Shown here piece after piece: positions 17,986 to 26,677 of a stretch of 64,000 bases of DNA (the stretch's first letter is position 1; every line of letters begins with the position of its first letter). Below the pieces are notes generated by a model that was given only the letters and a program-made list of their open reading frames with translations, was not told the DNA's origin and searched no databases. This DNA is from Bacillota bacterium. GTDB taxonomy: Bacteria; Bacillota; Dethiobacteria; DTU022. The DNA lies in assembly GCA_034189085.1 (NCBI GenBank), contig JAXHVH010000003.1:45094-109093 (forward strand). The letters run 5' to 3'. Made by a program: the position numbers and the translations under genes.

Positions 17986-19671
17986 ATGAATGAACAAGAA
18001 ACCATTGTCAGGAATAATGAATTCATAACCCATATCAGTGACGTACTGGTAATTGGGGGGGGTTTCTCGGGATTATGGGCTGCTCTGAAAGTTAAGGAAA
18101 ATAATGATCTTTCAGTGAATTTGGTCGATAAAGGGTTTTGTGGATCCACCAGCCATTCATTTTTTTCAGGAGGTGGAATGGTTGTTTTAATGCCGGATGA
18201 TGACCTGGATGAATGGGTGGAAGACATAGCAAATTCGAATGAAGGCATAGCAGACAGGAAAGTTTTAAGATCAATCCTGGAGAATTCACAGGCCAGGATG
18301 AGAGATTACGAAACAATGGGAGTTACTTTCCCACGGAGGGATGGTGAGTACAAACGCATCCGTTCCCGTGGTGCAAAAAAGATAAAGCTGCTTGGTTCTG
18401 CTGAGGGTGGAGGTAAAGCAATAGTTTTAGCTCTTCACAAAGAAGCGTTAAAACGGGGAATAAACATAAAGAACAGGATATTTATTATTGACATACTGGT
18501 AAATGAGCAAGGGCAGGCAGGAGGAGCCCTCGGTATAGATATCAATGATGGCAGTTTTCATGTTTTCAGAGCAAAGGCAACGGTAATAGCCACAAATAGT
18601 GGCAGTTTCAGGGGGCACCATTTAGCCAGTGATCAGCAGGGCACCGGGGTATTTGCTGCTTTTAATAAAGGAGCAAAGCTTCAGAACGCTGAATTCCACT
18701 ACATCAATGTCCGTCCGAATAAGTTTGAAATTGAAGGATCTGGAGTATTGCCTAAATTTGGCGCTCGCTGGGCCAATGCGGATGGGGAGTATTTTATGGA
18801 TAAATATGACCCCGATCTTAAAGATCATGCCCCGAATCATACTATACTGGTTGCAATGGCCAAGGAGGCCAAAGCTGGAAAAGCCCCTTTAGGGTTTGAT
18901 ACACCATCTTTTGCTGAAGAAGGGCGTGTCGGTTTTCGTGAAATGATGATGGGGCACGGATGGATGAAGCTTATTTATAACAAGCTAAGAAATGAAGGCG
19001 TGGATTTTTTACGGGACAAGATTGAGTGGAATGCTGCTTACGAAACAAACAGGGTTGGCCTGAAGACGGATTTTGGTGGAAAAGCCTCAGGTATTGAAGG
19101 TTTATTTGCCGCCGGTATGGCTCGCGCGTTTATCCCGAATACTTTAACCGGCTTGTCCATTGCTTATAGCACCTGGTCCGGATATATGGCTGGAGAAACT
19201 GTTGCTAAATACGTCAATGATGTGGAAATGCCTGAAATCGATATGCAGCAGATTCTTTCAGCGCAGGATAGTTTTGTAGAACCGCTCTACAGGGCGGGAG
19301 ACACAACACCGGACAAAGTCGTTGAGGAGTTACAAAAGGTTATTTTCCCTGCTGACGTACTGATTTTAATCACTCATGATAAATTACAGGATGCTCTTAA
19401 TAATGTTGAAAATATCAGGGATAATATTGAAAGTAAAATGGCTGCCAGCAGCATCCATGATCTGATTAAAGTTAGAGAAACCGAAACCATGATTCTATCT
19501 GCAGAGATGACCTTACGAGCCTCCATGCTGCGCAAAGAATCAAGGCCCTTTATTTATTACAGGGAAGATTACAATGAAAGAGATGATCAGAATTGGTTAC
19601 AATGGATAGTTGTTAAAAAGGACGAAAGTGGCTTTTCATTCAGCACTGAAAAAATTCCCAATGATGGTTAG
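17986..19671 (+). CDS. FAD-dependent oxidoreductase, AprA-like, copy 2
   Basis: DVLVIGGGFSG, GLFAAG; C-terminal RKESRPFIYYREDY...DDQNW resembles AprA RxESRxPGxYYRxDY...W; ends in TAG. Confidence 0.83.
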   Translation: MNEQETIVRNNEFITHISDVLVIGGGFSGLWAALKVKENNDLSVNLVDKGFCGSTSHSFFSGGGMVVLMPDDDLDEWVEDIANSNEGIADRKVLRSILENSQARMRDYETMGVTFPRRDGEYKRIRSRGAKKIKLLGSAEGGGKAIVLALHKEALKRGINIKNRIFIIDILVNEQGQAGGALGIDINDGSFHVFRAKATVIATNSGSFRGHHLASDQQGTGVFAAFNKGAKLQNAEFHYINVRPNKFEIEGSGVLPKFGARWANADGEYFMDKYDPDLKDHAPNHTILVAMAKEAKAGKAPLGFDTPSFAEEGRVGFREMMMGHGWMKLIYNKLRNEGVDFLRDKIEWNAAYETNRVGLKTDFGGKASGIEGLFAAGMARAFIPNTLTGLSIAYSTWSGYMAGETVAKYVNDVEMPEIDMQQILSAQDSFVEPLYRAGDTTPDKVVEELQKVIFPADVLILITHDKLQDALNNVENIRDNIESKMAASSIHDLIKVRETETMILSAEMTLRASMLRKESRPFIYYREDYNERDDQNWLQWIVVKKDESGFSFSTEKIPNDG

Positions 19672-19736
19672 TATTTATTAAAATAAGTCAAATTGGATGT
19701 TATGAACAAAAATACATTAGCCCCCAGGTTGAAGTT

Positions 19737-19776
19737 TAATCAACATGCCGGGGATTCAAGCTCGCTCGCCGACTCA
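19737..19776 (+). repeat. Degenerate copy of the tRNA-Thr 3' half (att-like remnant)
   Basis: taatcaacatgccggg-attcaagctcgctcgccgactcaa vs tRNA 8990-9030 taatcagcatgttgggggttcaagtcctcttgccggctcca: 30/41 matches by hand, starting at the anticodon loop; followed by a CCCTTATT/AATAAGGG hairpin. Confidence 0.65.
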
Positions 19777-20016
19777 AGTAAACCCTTATTTGTAATAAGG
19801 GTTTTTCCCCTTATACGGGTTGGGTACCAGGGGTCACAGGTTTATGATAATAAGTGACCACCATCCGACATTTTGGAATGTTATTTGGCTAAAAATTGCT
19901 TTTTAAAAGCCATATTTCATTGAAAATAGTGTATTTGCAGCTTTTTTATTCTATAATATTATAAATGGCATTTGGAGAGGTGTGCATTGATAAAAAAGTA
20001 AAGGGGTTGTCGTCCA

Positions 20017-21411
20017 GTGGAAAAGCACTTTACCAGGATGGGAGACGGGTCGGGCATCTACATGAGCAAGGAAGAGATTCGTGCCGACCTGGCAGATGGA
20101 ACAACCGATGCCGCCGACCGGGGTAAAATTCCTCCCCTCTCTGCGGAGGAGCTGGATTATCTTTATGAAATAGTAGCAACACCGGTCAATATCGTCAGTG
20201 TTGCCCGGGGCAAGGAAACTGTTACTTCTTCAGATTCAGGGGCGTTTAAAATCAATTACCAGGCCGATATCTCCCTTGATCGGGCTATTTCGATCCAGGT
20301 GCATGAAAAGGTTCTCGCCGCTGATTCGCTTGACCTGGGGAACATCGACTACAGCTACAAGTCGGTCAAGGCTATTCTCCATGATGAAGCCAAAGTTATG
20401 GAAAATGTCCAGATGAATACGATCATGCCGGTGCTCTATGGAGCCATGCCAAATCTGGGCTTGTATACAAAGCCTGACGGCCCGGTTGACAACTGGTCTG
20501 AACTGCTTCCCAGGGCAAAGATTGCTGAAGCGAGACAGGCACAGGAAGAAGCTGTCGAGCTGGCGGTCAAAGATATGGTTTACATAGCCGAAGGAATGTA
20601 TAAGGCTGGAGCGGACGGGATGAATTTTGATACCTGCGGTGCTTCGGGAGATGCTGATTTTCTGGCTGCTCTTGAAGCGGTAAAAATAATCAGGGGAAAA
20701 TATCCGGGCTTCGGCATGGAAATGGGAATGGCCGGAGAATTCATTCTTGGTATGCACGGGCAGCTGGAGTACGAAGGTACCAGGCTGGCTGGTTTATACC
20801 CTCATAAACAGGTTAAAATAGCCGAGCAAGCAGGGGTAACCATTTTCGGGCCGGTTGTTAATACCAGCAGCAATCGCTCGTTTCCCTGGAACCTGGCCCG
20901 CGCTGTTACGTTTGTCAAAGCGTGCTGTGAAGCAGCCGATATAGCGGTCCATGTTAATGTGGGTATGGGAGTAGGAGCTACCCCCATGACACCCGTTCCG
21001 CCGGCTGATGCTGTCTCCAGGGCTTCCAAGGCTTTGATTGAAATCGGCAAGGCCGACGGTTTATAGGTGGGTTCCGGTGATCCTTTCGGCAATGAAGCGA
21101 CTCAGGAAGTGGCTTCCGGGATGGGTGGCATTCGCACAGCCGGAGATCTGGTCATGAGAATGCAGTTGTCCCGGGGTTTAAAAATAGAAGCGGCCAAAAA
21201 ATATGTCGCTGAAAAATTGGGCGTTGCAATGGCGGAGCTGAGTGATTGTTCAGTCATGCGTGAAGTAAGGCAGAACCTGGGGCTGGGCTATCCCATGCCT
21301 GATCCGGGAGCAGCCAAAGGCATCGGGGCCAAGATTCGGATAGCCGAAATCATGGGCCTAAAAATAAACTCCGTTGAACAGTTCAAGAAGAAAACGGGAC
21401 TGCATTATTAA
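20017..21411 (+). CDS. mtbB: Dimethylamine:corrinoid methyltransferase with in-frame amber (pyrrolysine) codon at 21064-21066
   Basis: TRMGDG, YGAMPNLGLY, NFDTCGASGD, GMAGEFILGMHG, WNLARAVTF, then KADGL-TAG-VGSGDP, matching MtbB GVDGI-O-IGVGDP; the joined frame gives 464 aa. Confidence 0.95.
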
Positions 21412-21432
21412 TCTATGAAAGAAGGTGGAAAA

Positions 21433-22917
21433 ATGAAGAGGAACCCCATAGCCGGAAGAAACTCTTTTATGGGCTGCGGTCTGAATCTATTCAGCGATTC
21501 AGATCTGGAGATGATTCATGACGCTACGCTGGAGGTGCTGGAATACGCCGGCCTCTATGTCCAGAGCGATGAGGCAATGGATATTTTTGACGGGGGAGGC
21601 TGTATAGTAGACAAGAAAGAGAAAAATGTAAAAATACCCGCCCACATCGTCGAAGAGGCTATCACTTCGGCACCGAAGAAAATATTCCTTGCCGGACGGG
21701 ATCCAAAGCATGATCTGGTCCTTGAAAACGGACGGGTCAACTTTTGTCCTTTCGGTGAAGGCGTAATGGTAATCGATCCCTACAGTGGTGAATACCGCAA
21801 GTCAACCAAGGCTGATAAGGGAAATGTGGCCAGGCTGGTTGACGCTCTGGATCAGTACGACATGCTGGAGAACACTGTGGCGCCGCGCGATGTTCACCCG
21901 GAAATGGAAAGCCTGCATAACTATGAAGTAACTGTCTCCAATACTACGAAACACGTCCCTCAGCCCTGTCATGACAGGCGCTCCGCCCAGCTGCTCATCG
22001 AAATGGCGGCAGCTGTGGCCGGAGGGAAGGAAAACCTTAAAGATAGGCCCATCGTTTCCGGGTGTACCTGTCCCCAGAGCCCCCTGACTATTTCTGCAGG
22101 GTGCGGCGAGCCGATTATCGAATATGCCCGGGCTAATCTGCCCCAGAATATTCTTTCCATGGCCATGGCCGGGGCTACATCGCCGGTCACCCTGGCGGGG
22201 ACGCTGGTAACCCATAACGCAGAGGTACTCGGGGGCATTGTTCTGGCCCAGTTGACCAGGAAGGGCGCGCCGGTGATGTACGGCAGTTCAACGACTATGA
22301 TTGATATGAGACAGGCGACGGCTACGGTCGGCTGCCCCGAGCTGGGATTAATAAGTGCCGCTGTGGCCATACTGGCCCGTTACTATCTGCTGCCCAGCTA
22401 TGTTGCCGGTACTTAGGGCGATAGCAAGGTTTCAGATGCTCAGTCCGGCCATGAAAAAACCCTGACTTCCCTGCTGCCGGCATTGGCAGGTGCCAATATG
22501 ATCTACGGCGGGGGGATGCTGGAGATGGGTTTGACCATGAGCTTTGGACAACTGGTTATGGATAATGAGATCATTGCTATGACCAGGAAAGTTCTTGAGG
22601 GGATCCCGGTTAACGACGAGTCTCTAGCGGTTGATGTAATTAAAAACGTGGGTGCCCGGGGTCACTTCCTGGCTGAAGAGCATACCTACAGGCACATGCG
22701 AGAGCTTTCGGAAAGCAGGTTAATCGATCGCCGGATGCGGCAATTCTGGACTGACAGCGGATCCAAAGATCTTACCCGGACCTGTGATGAAAAGGCAAGA
22801 GAAATATTGGAAAATCACCGCCCGGAACCGCTGCCTGACCAGGTTCATAAAAAGATTTTGTCAATTATCAGGGAAAGGGAAGAAGAACTGGGCATAAAAT
22901 CCCCGGCTAATGAATAA
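21433..22917 (+). CDS. mttB: Trimethylamine:corrinoid methyltransferase with in-frame amber (pyrrolysine) codon at 22414-22416
   Basis: MAMAGATSPVTLAGTLVTHNAEVL, GAPVMYGSSTT, LPSYVAGT-TAG-GDSKVSDAQSGHEKTLT...AGANMIYGGGMLE; reads through into the ORF-track fragment 22483-22917. Confidence 0.95.
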
Positions 22918-22941
22918 ATTTTTAAAAGAGGAGGTTTTACT

Positions 22942-23613
22942 ATGCCTGAACTTACTTTCCTTGGGCATGCAGCTTTCCGGTTAGGGGAAGAAGGAAGGGA
23001 AACCCTGCTTTTCGATCCCTATATTACCGGTAATCCTCAGGCCCCTCTGAAGTTTGAAGAAGTCGGGGCGGATTACATTTTAGTTTCCCATGCTCATTTT
23101 GACCATCTGGGCGATACATATGAAATTGCCGAAAGGGAAGAAGCGACTATCATATCAACGGCCGAAATTGCCGGTCAGGCAGGTGAAAAAGGGCTGACTG
23201 CCCATGGCCAGCATCTGGGAGGAAGACATCGATTCCAATTTGGTTCGGTCAAACTGACCCTTGCTTTTCACGGCTCGGGGATACCCGGCGGGCATGCCTG
23301 TGGATTTGTTGTCGACTATTACGGAAAGAAAATATATTTTGCCGGCGACACTGCGCTTTTCAGTGATATGAAGTTAATTGGGGAGCTTGATTCTCTCGAC
23401 CTGGCTCTTCTGCCCATAGGAGATAATTACACCATGGGTATCGATGATGCCGTTATGGCTGCTTCTTACCTGCAGGCCGGAGAGGTTATCCCGTATCATT
23501 ACAATACCTGGCCCCTCATTAAAGTAGATCCAGAAGAATTCAAGAAGAAGGTGGAAGATAAAACCGGCAGTAAATGTATTGTCCTTTCACCGGGAGAACA
23601 TCACATCTTCTAA
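22942..23613 (+). CDS. UPF0173 metal-dependent hydrolase (metallo-beta-lactamase fold)
   Basis: FLGHAAF, DPYITGNP, SHAHFDH, YFAGDT, LPIGDNYTMG, PYHYNTWP. Confidence 0.9.
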   Translation: MPELTFLGHAAFRLGEEGRETLLFDPYITGNPQAPLKFEEVGADYILVSHAHFDHLGDTYEIAEREEATIISTAEIAGQAGEKGLTAHGQHLGGRHRFQFGSVKLTLAFHGSGIPGGHACGFVVDYYGKKIYFAGDTALFSDMKLIGELDSLDLALLPIGDNYTMGIDDAVMAASYLQAGEVIPYHYNTWPLIKVDPEEFKKKVEDKTGSKCIVLSPGEHHIF

Positions 23614-23660
23614 TTTACTGTACTCCACCAGAAGAAATATATGTTTTTTGACATAAAGAA

Positions 23661-23698
23661 AAGCCCCTTCCGCAGCTATTAACTGCAGACAGGGGCTT
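23661..23698. terminator. Probable bidirectional terminator between convergent genes
   Basis: AAGCCCCT...AGGGGCTT stem with an inner GCAG/CTGC pair. Confidence 0.55.
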
Positions 23699-23753
23699 AC
23701 TGTCTAACTGTGATCATTTCTTGCGTTCCACGGTCACCAGGAAGCTGAAAAAA

Positions 23754-24632
23754 TCACACTCTTAAGATAGGTCTTGTCAGGCAGGTCGGGCCGCCTCCCC
23801 CTTTGATTGAAACATCTTCCCCGGGGTATTCGTAGACTGTAGCACCTTCTTTTTCGAGGGCTGTTTTTGTCCGGGTATTTCCGGCAATCATAATGCAAAC
23901 CCTTGGTGCTATAGCCAGGACATTGCAGCCGAAAGTATCATATTCTTCATCCGGTACTTCCACTATCTTGATACCTTTTTGCAGGAGCAGGTTACGGAAA
24001 GGTACGGCCATCAGTTTTGAATAAACTACTGCCAGGTCGCGATCAACAGGGCTGATTAACGACATTAAATGCAGGCATTCTTCCGGTCCGTTCCAGTGGG
24101 GTAGCGGTACTTCGATGATTTCATCGACCAGACCAGCGGTTAAGTTCCTCAGTTGAGCCACACCGTCACTGTTTGTGCGGTAACTGAGACCCACAGCCAC
24201 TGTGTTGTCGTCGAACCAGACTACGTCTCCTCCTTCAATTGTTCCCGGCGCCTCGATGGCCCCCAGAATTGGTATGCCCAGATTCTTAAAGAAAGCGCTG
24301 ATTGCCTGCGGCTCAGTTTTTCTTTCCCTTTTTCCCATATTGCATAGAATAACGCCTTTTTTAGTAATCAGGACAGGATCGTGCGTGTAAATTGAATCCA
24401 GTCCTGTTATTTCGTCTTCGGGTAGATAGTGAACATGGGGTACGTTTTTTTCGATAATCGCTGCAAACTGGTTGTATTCAAGCAGTGCTTTTTCAAAGTC
24501 CGGTTTTTCGGGGTAATGGAGCTGCTGCCATTGTCGGTTAACATTGTTTTGGCCCAGCCAGGCTCGGGCGGGACTCTTCATCAGGATTGATTCGATCCTG
24601 CCTGTTTCTGATTGTCCATTATAGCCGATCAT
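23754..24632 (-). CDS. Amidinotransferase / dimethylarginine dimethylaminohydrolase (DDAH)-like protein
   Basis: DSIYTHDP, IEGGDV, RTN, CLHLMS, C-terminal GGGGPTCLTRP (catalytic Cys); ATG 24632 after GGGAGG; only substantial minus-strand gene in the window. Confidence 0.85.
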   Translation of the reverse strand: MIGYNGQSETGRIESILMKSPARAWLGQNNVNRQWQQLHYPEKPDFEKALLEYNQFAAIIEKNVPHVHYLPEDEITGLDSIYTHDPVLITKKGVILCNMGKRERKTEPQAISAFFKNLGIPILGAIEAPGTIEGGDVVWFDDNTVAVGLSYRTNSDGVAQLRNLTAGLVDEIIEVPLPHWNGPEECLHLMSLISPVDRDLAVVYSKLMAVPFRNLLLQKGIKIVEVPDEEYDTFGCNVLAIAPRVCIMIAGNTRTKTALEKEGATVYEYPGEDVSIKGGGGPTCLTRPILRV

Positions 24633-25029
24633 AATACCCTCCCTATACAGGTTGATAATTTTTATCATCTTTATTCTACCATATATCTTCCATTTGCAGA
24701 TCCCTGTTTTATTGACCCAATGGAGTTTGCTCCTGCCAATCAATTGTAGTATCATAATAGCTGATTTAAGAATCATTCCTGAGTTGAGAATAAACAAAAG
24801 GATTAACATCATGAAGGTAGCAATCCTGCCTGTACCGGTCGAAATGAGGTCTTGATCAATACTGCGGGCTGAAAAAAGCTTGAAATTAAAGTTGTTGTTT
24901 TGGACACAACCCCATGGGGACAGTCTATTTGCCCCGCTCATGAACGATTGTTCAGATTTTGCTATTTAAACGGTGTAAAAAAAGCTGAAGCTGTCTTTTT
25001 TGAGGCAAGATGAACTGGAGGAAAAAATC

Positions 25030-25788
25030 ATGATGACTAAGAGAATTGCTGTAGCTGGTAAGGGAGGTACCGGGAAGACAACACTTTCCGCGCTTCTGAT
25101 CCGTTACCTGATGGAAGAAAGACCGGGGAAAAGTATCCTTGCTGTCGATGCTGATGCCAATGCCAATCTAAATGAGGCACTGGGTCTGGAAGTGAAGGAA
25201 ACCATCAGTGCTATTCTTGAAGATACAAAAAATCCAAAAGCTGTGCCCACGGGAATGACCAAATCTGTATTTGTGGAATACCGCCTCAGCCAGGCGATGG
25301 TAGAAGAAGATGCTTTTGATTTATTGGTCATGGGCAATCCTGAAGGGCCGGGTTGTTACTGTTACCCCAATGACCTGCTGAAGAGGTATCTCGAGCAGGT
25401 TAGTAAAAATTACGAGTACCTGGTTACCGATAACGAAGCCGGCCTTGAGCATCTCAGCAGGCGCCTTTTGCCCATGGTCGACTGGCTGATTGTAACCAGT
25501 GATGCCACGGCGCGGGGAATACGCTCTGCCGGCAGGGTGAAAGAGATAGTGCAGAAAGTAAATATTGGTGCCGCCAGGATGGGCCTGGTTATCGGGCGCA
25601 GCCGGGGTAATGAAGGTGAAGCTCTGAAAGAAGAAATTGAAAAAACCGGGCTCACCCTGCTGGGTTTCATGCCGGATGATCCTCTGATTTCAGATTATGA
25701 CTTGAAAGGAAAAGCGCTTATTGATCTTCCGGCAGATTCGCCGGCGGTAAAGGCTTCCCGAGAGCTTTTTGAAACTCTTTCCCTCTAG
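25030..25788 (+). CDS. cooC: CooC/AcsF-type nickel-insertion ATPase (CO dehydrogenase maturation factor)
   Basis: GKGGTGKT, DADAN, GPGCYCYPN, DNEAGLEHLSR. Confidence 0.88.
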   Translation: MMTKRIAVAGKGGTGKTTLSALLIRYLMEERPGKSILAVDADANANLNEALGLEVKETISAILEDTKNPKAVPTGMTKSVFVEYRLSQAMVEEDAFDLLVMGNPEGPGCYCYPNDLLKRYLEQVSKNYEYLVTDNEAGLEHLSRRLLPMVDWLIVTSDATARGIRSAGRVKEIVQKVNIGAARMGLVIGRSRGNEGEALKEEIEKTGLTLLGFMPDDPLISDYDLKGKALIDLPADSPAVKASRELFETLSL

Positions 25789-25906
25789 TAATGAGAAAAC
25801 AGAAAAGCAACCGTGAAATTGGGGGGCTACAGAAGCCAATTTTTACGGTAACTATATCTGTCCTGCGAGAAGGTAAAATGGAGATTGCCAGTTGGAGGTA
25901 GACAGG

Positions 25907-26551
25907 ATGGTTTTCAGTGATCGTCGGCAAGCCGGTGAACAATTGGCTTTTAGGCTTAATTCTTACAAAGGGCAGGAGCCGCTCATTCTGGCTGTCCCCC
26001 GGGGAGGGGTGGCCATTGCCGAGCCGATCTGGCAAAATCTAGGGGGAGAAATCGATTTGATCATAACTCGTAAAATAGGGGCTCCTTTCCAACCGGAGCT
26101 GGCTATCGGGGCAGTGAGTGGGGACGGTTTCGTAATGGCCAACGAAGAGCTTGTCACAAGGATGAATATCCCGGAGGGTTACATTGAAAACAAAGCAGCT
26201 GAAGAACAGGCGGAAATTAAACGCCGCCTTCGACTTTACCGGGGGGAGCGCCCTCTTCCATCGATTGATAACCGGCTGGTGATTCTGGTTGATGATGGAG
26301 TGGCTACCGGTTATACTCTGCTGGCTGCACTGCGCAGCTTGCGGCAGCAACATCCACTGAAGCTGGTCCTTGCCGTTCCTGTGGGTCCGCCTGATACCCT
26401 CACCAGGTTGGCAGAAGAAGTTGACGAACTGGTTTATCTCGAAGCGCCGCCCAACTTTGCTGCTGTCGGCCAGTTTTACACCTGCTTTGATCAAGTCAGT
26501 GATGCTGAAGTGATAGCTGTATTAAAGAAAGCCTGGACAAATGGAGAGTAG
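25907..26551 (+). CDS. Phosphoribosyltransferase family protein
   Basis: FSDRRQAG, LAVPRGGV, RKIGAPFQPELAIGA, ILVDDGVATG PRPP loop. Confidence 0.9.
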   Translation: MVFSDRRQAGEQLAFRLNSYKGQEPLILAVPRGGVAIAEPIWQNLGGEIDLIITRKIGAPFQPELAIGAVSGDGFVMANEELVTRMNIPEGYIENKAAEEQAEIKRRLRLYRGERPLPSIDNRLVILVDDGVATGYTLLAALRSLRQQHPLKLVLAVPVGPPDTLTRLAEEVDELVYLEAPPNFAAVGQFYTCFDQVSDAEVIAVLKKAWTNGE

Positions 26552-26626
26552 TGAGCTGATCATATTTTACCGATAACTGCGTTTATTCATGACGTAATGA
26601 GTAATAATTGTTTATTGAATTGCGAA

Positions 26627-26655
26627 TTGACTTGGCCAGGATGCTGGTGTATCAT
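26627..26655 (+). promoter_or_regulatory. Sigma-A promoter for the metK leader
   Basis: TTGACT-17bp-TATCAT just upstream of the SAM riboswitch. Confidence 0.6.
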
Positions 26656-26677
26656 TGTTATAATTTAATAATCTTTT

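Larger units (their letters stand above)
9031..19776. mobile_element. Integrase-less genomic island at tRNA-Thr
   Basis: Visibly AT-richer than flanks; bounded by tRNA-Thr and a degenerate copy of its 3' half at 19737-19776; accessory metabolic cargo. Confidence 0.65.

Noticed and set aside
9701-19671. Calling the flavoproteins canonical dissimilatory APS reductase (aprAB) or succinate dehydrogenase
   Set aside because: They are shorter (551 and 561 aa) than typical AprA, the ferredoxins lack the long AprB tail, and no sat/qmo/dsr or SdhB/C partner is present; only family-level similarity is supported.
9031-19860. Integrase, transposase or phage genes for the island
   Set aside because: No ORF with recombinase or transposase motifs in any frame of the track.
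20017-22917. mtbB and mttB as nonsense-mutated pseudogenes or four separate genes
   Set aside because: Both TAGs are in frame at the conserved pyrrolysine position and the downstream halves are intact.
24633-24941. 103-aa N-terminal extension of the DDAH-like ORF in the ORF track
   Set aside because: A strong SD precedes ATG 24632 and the extension has no recognisable domain; a decayed gene fragment cannot be excluded.
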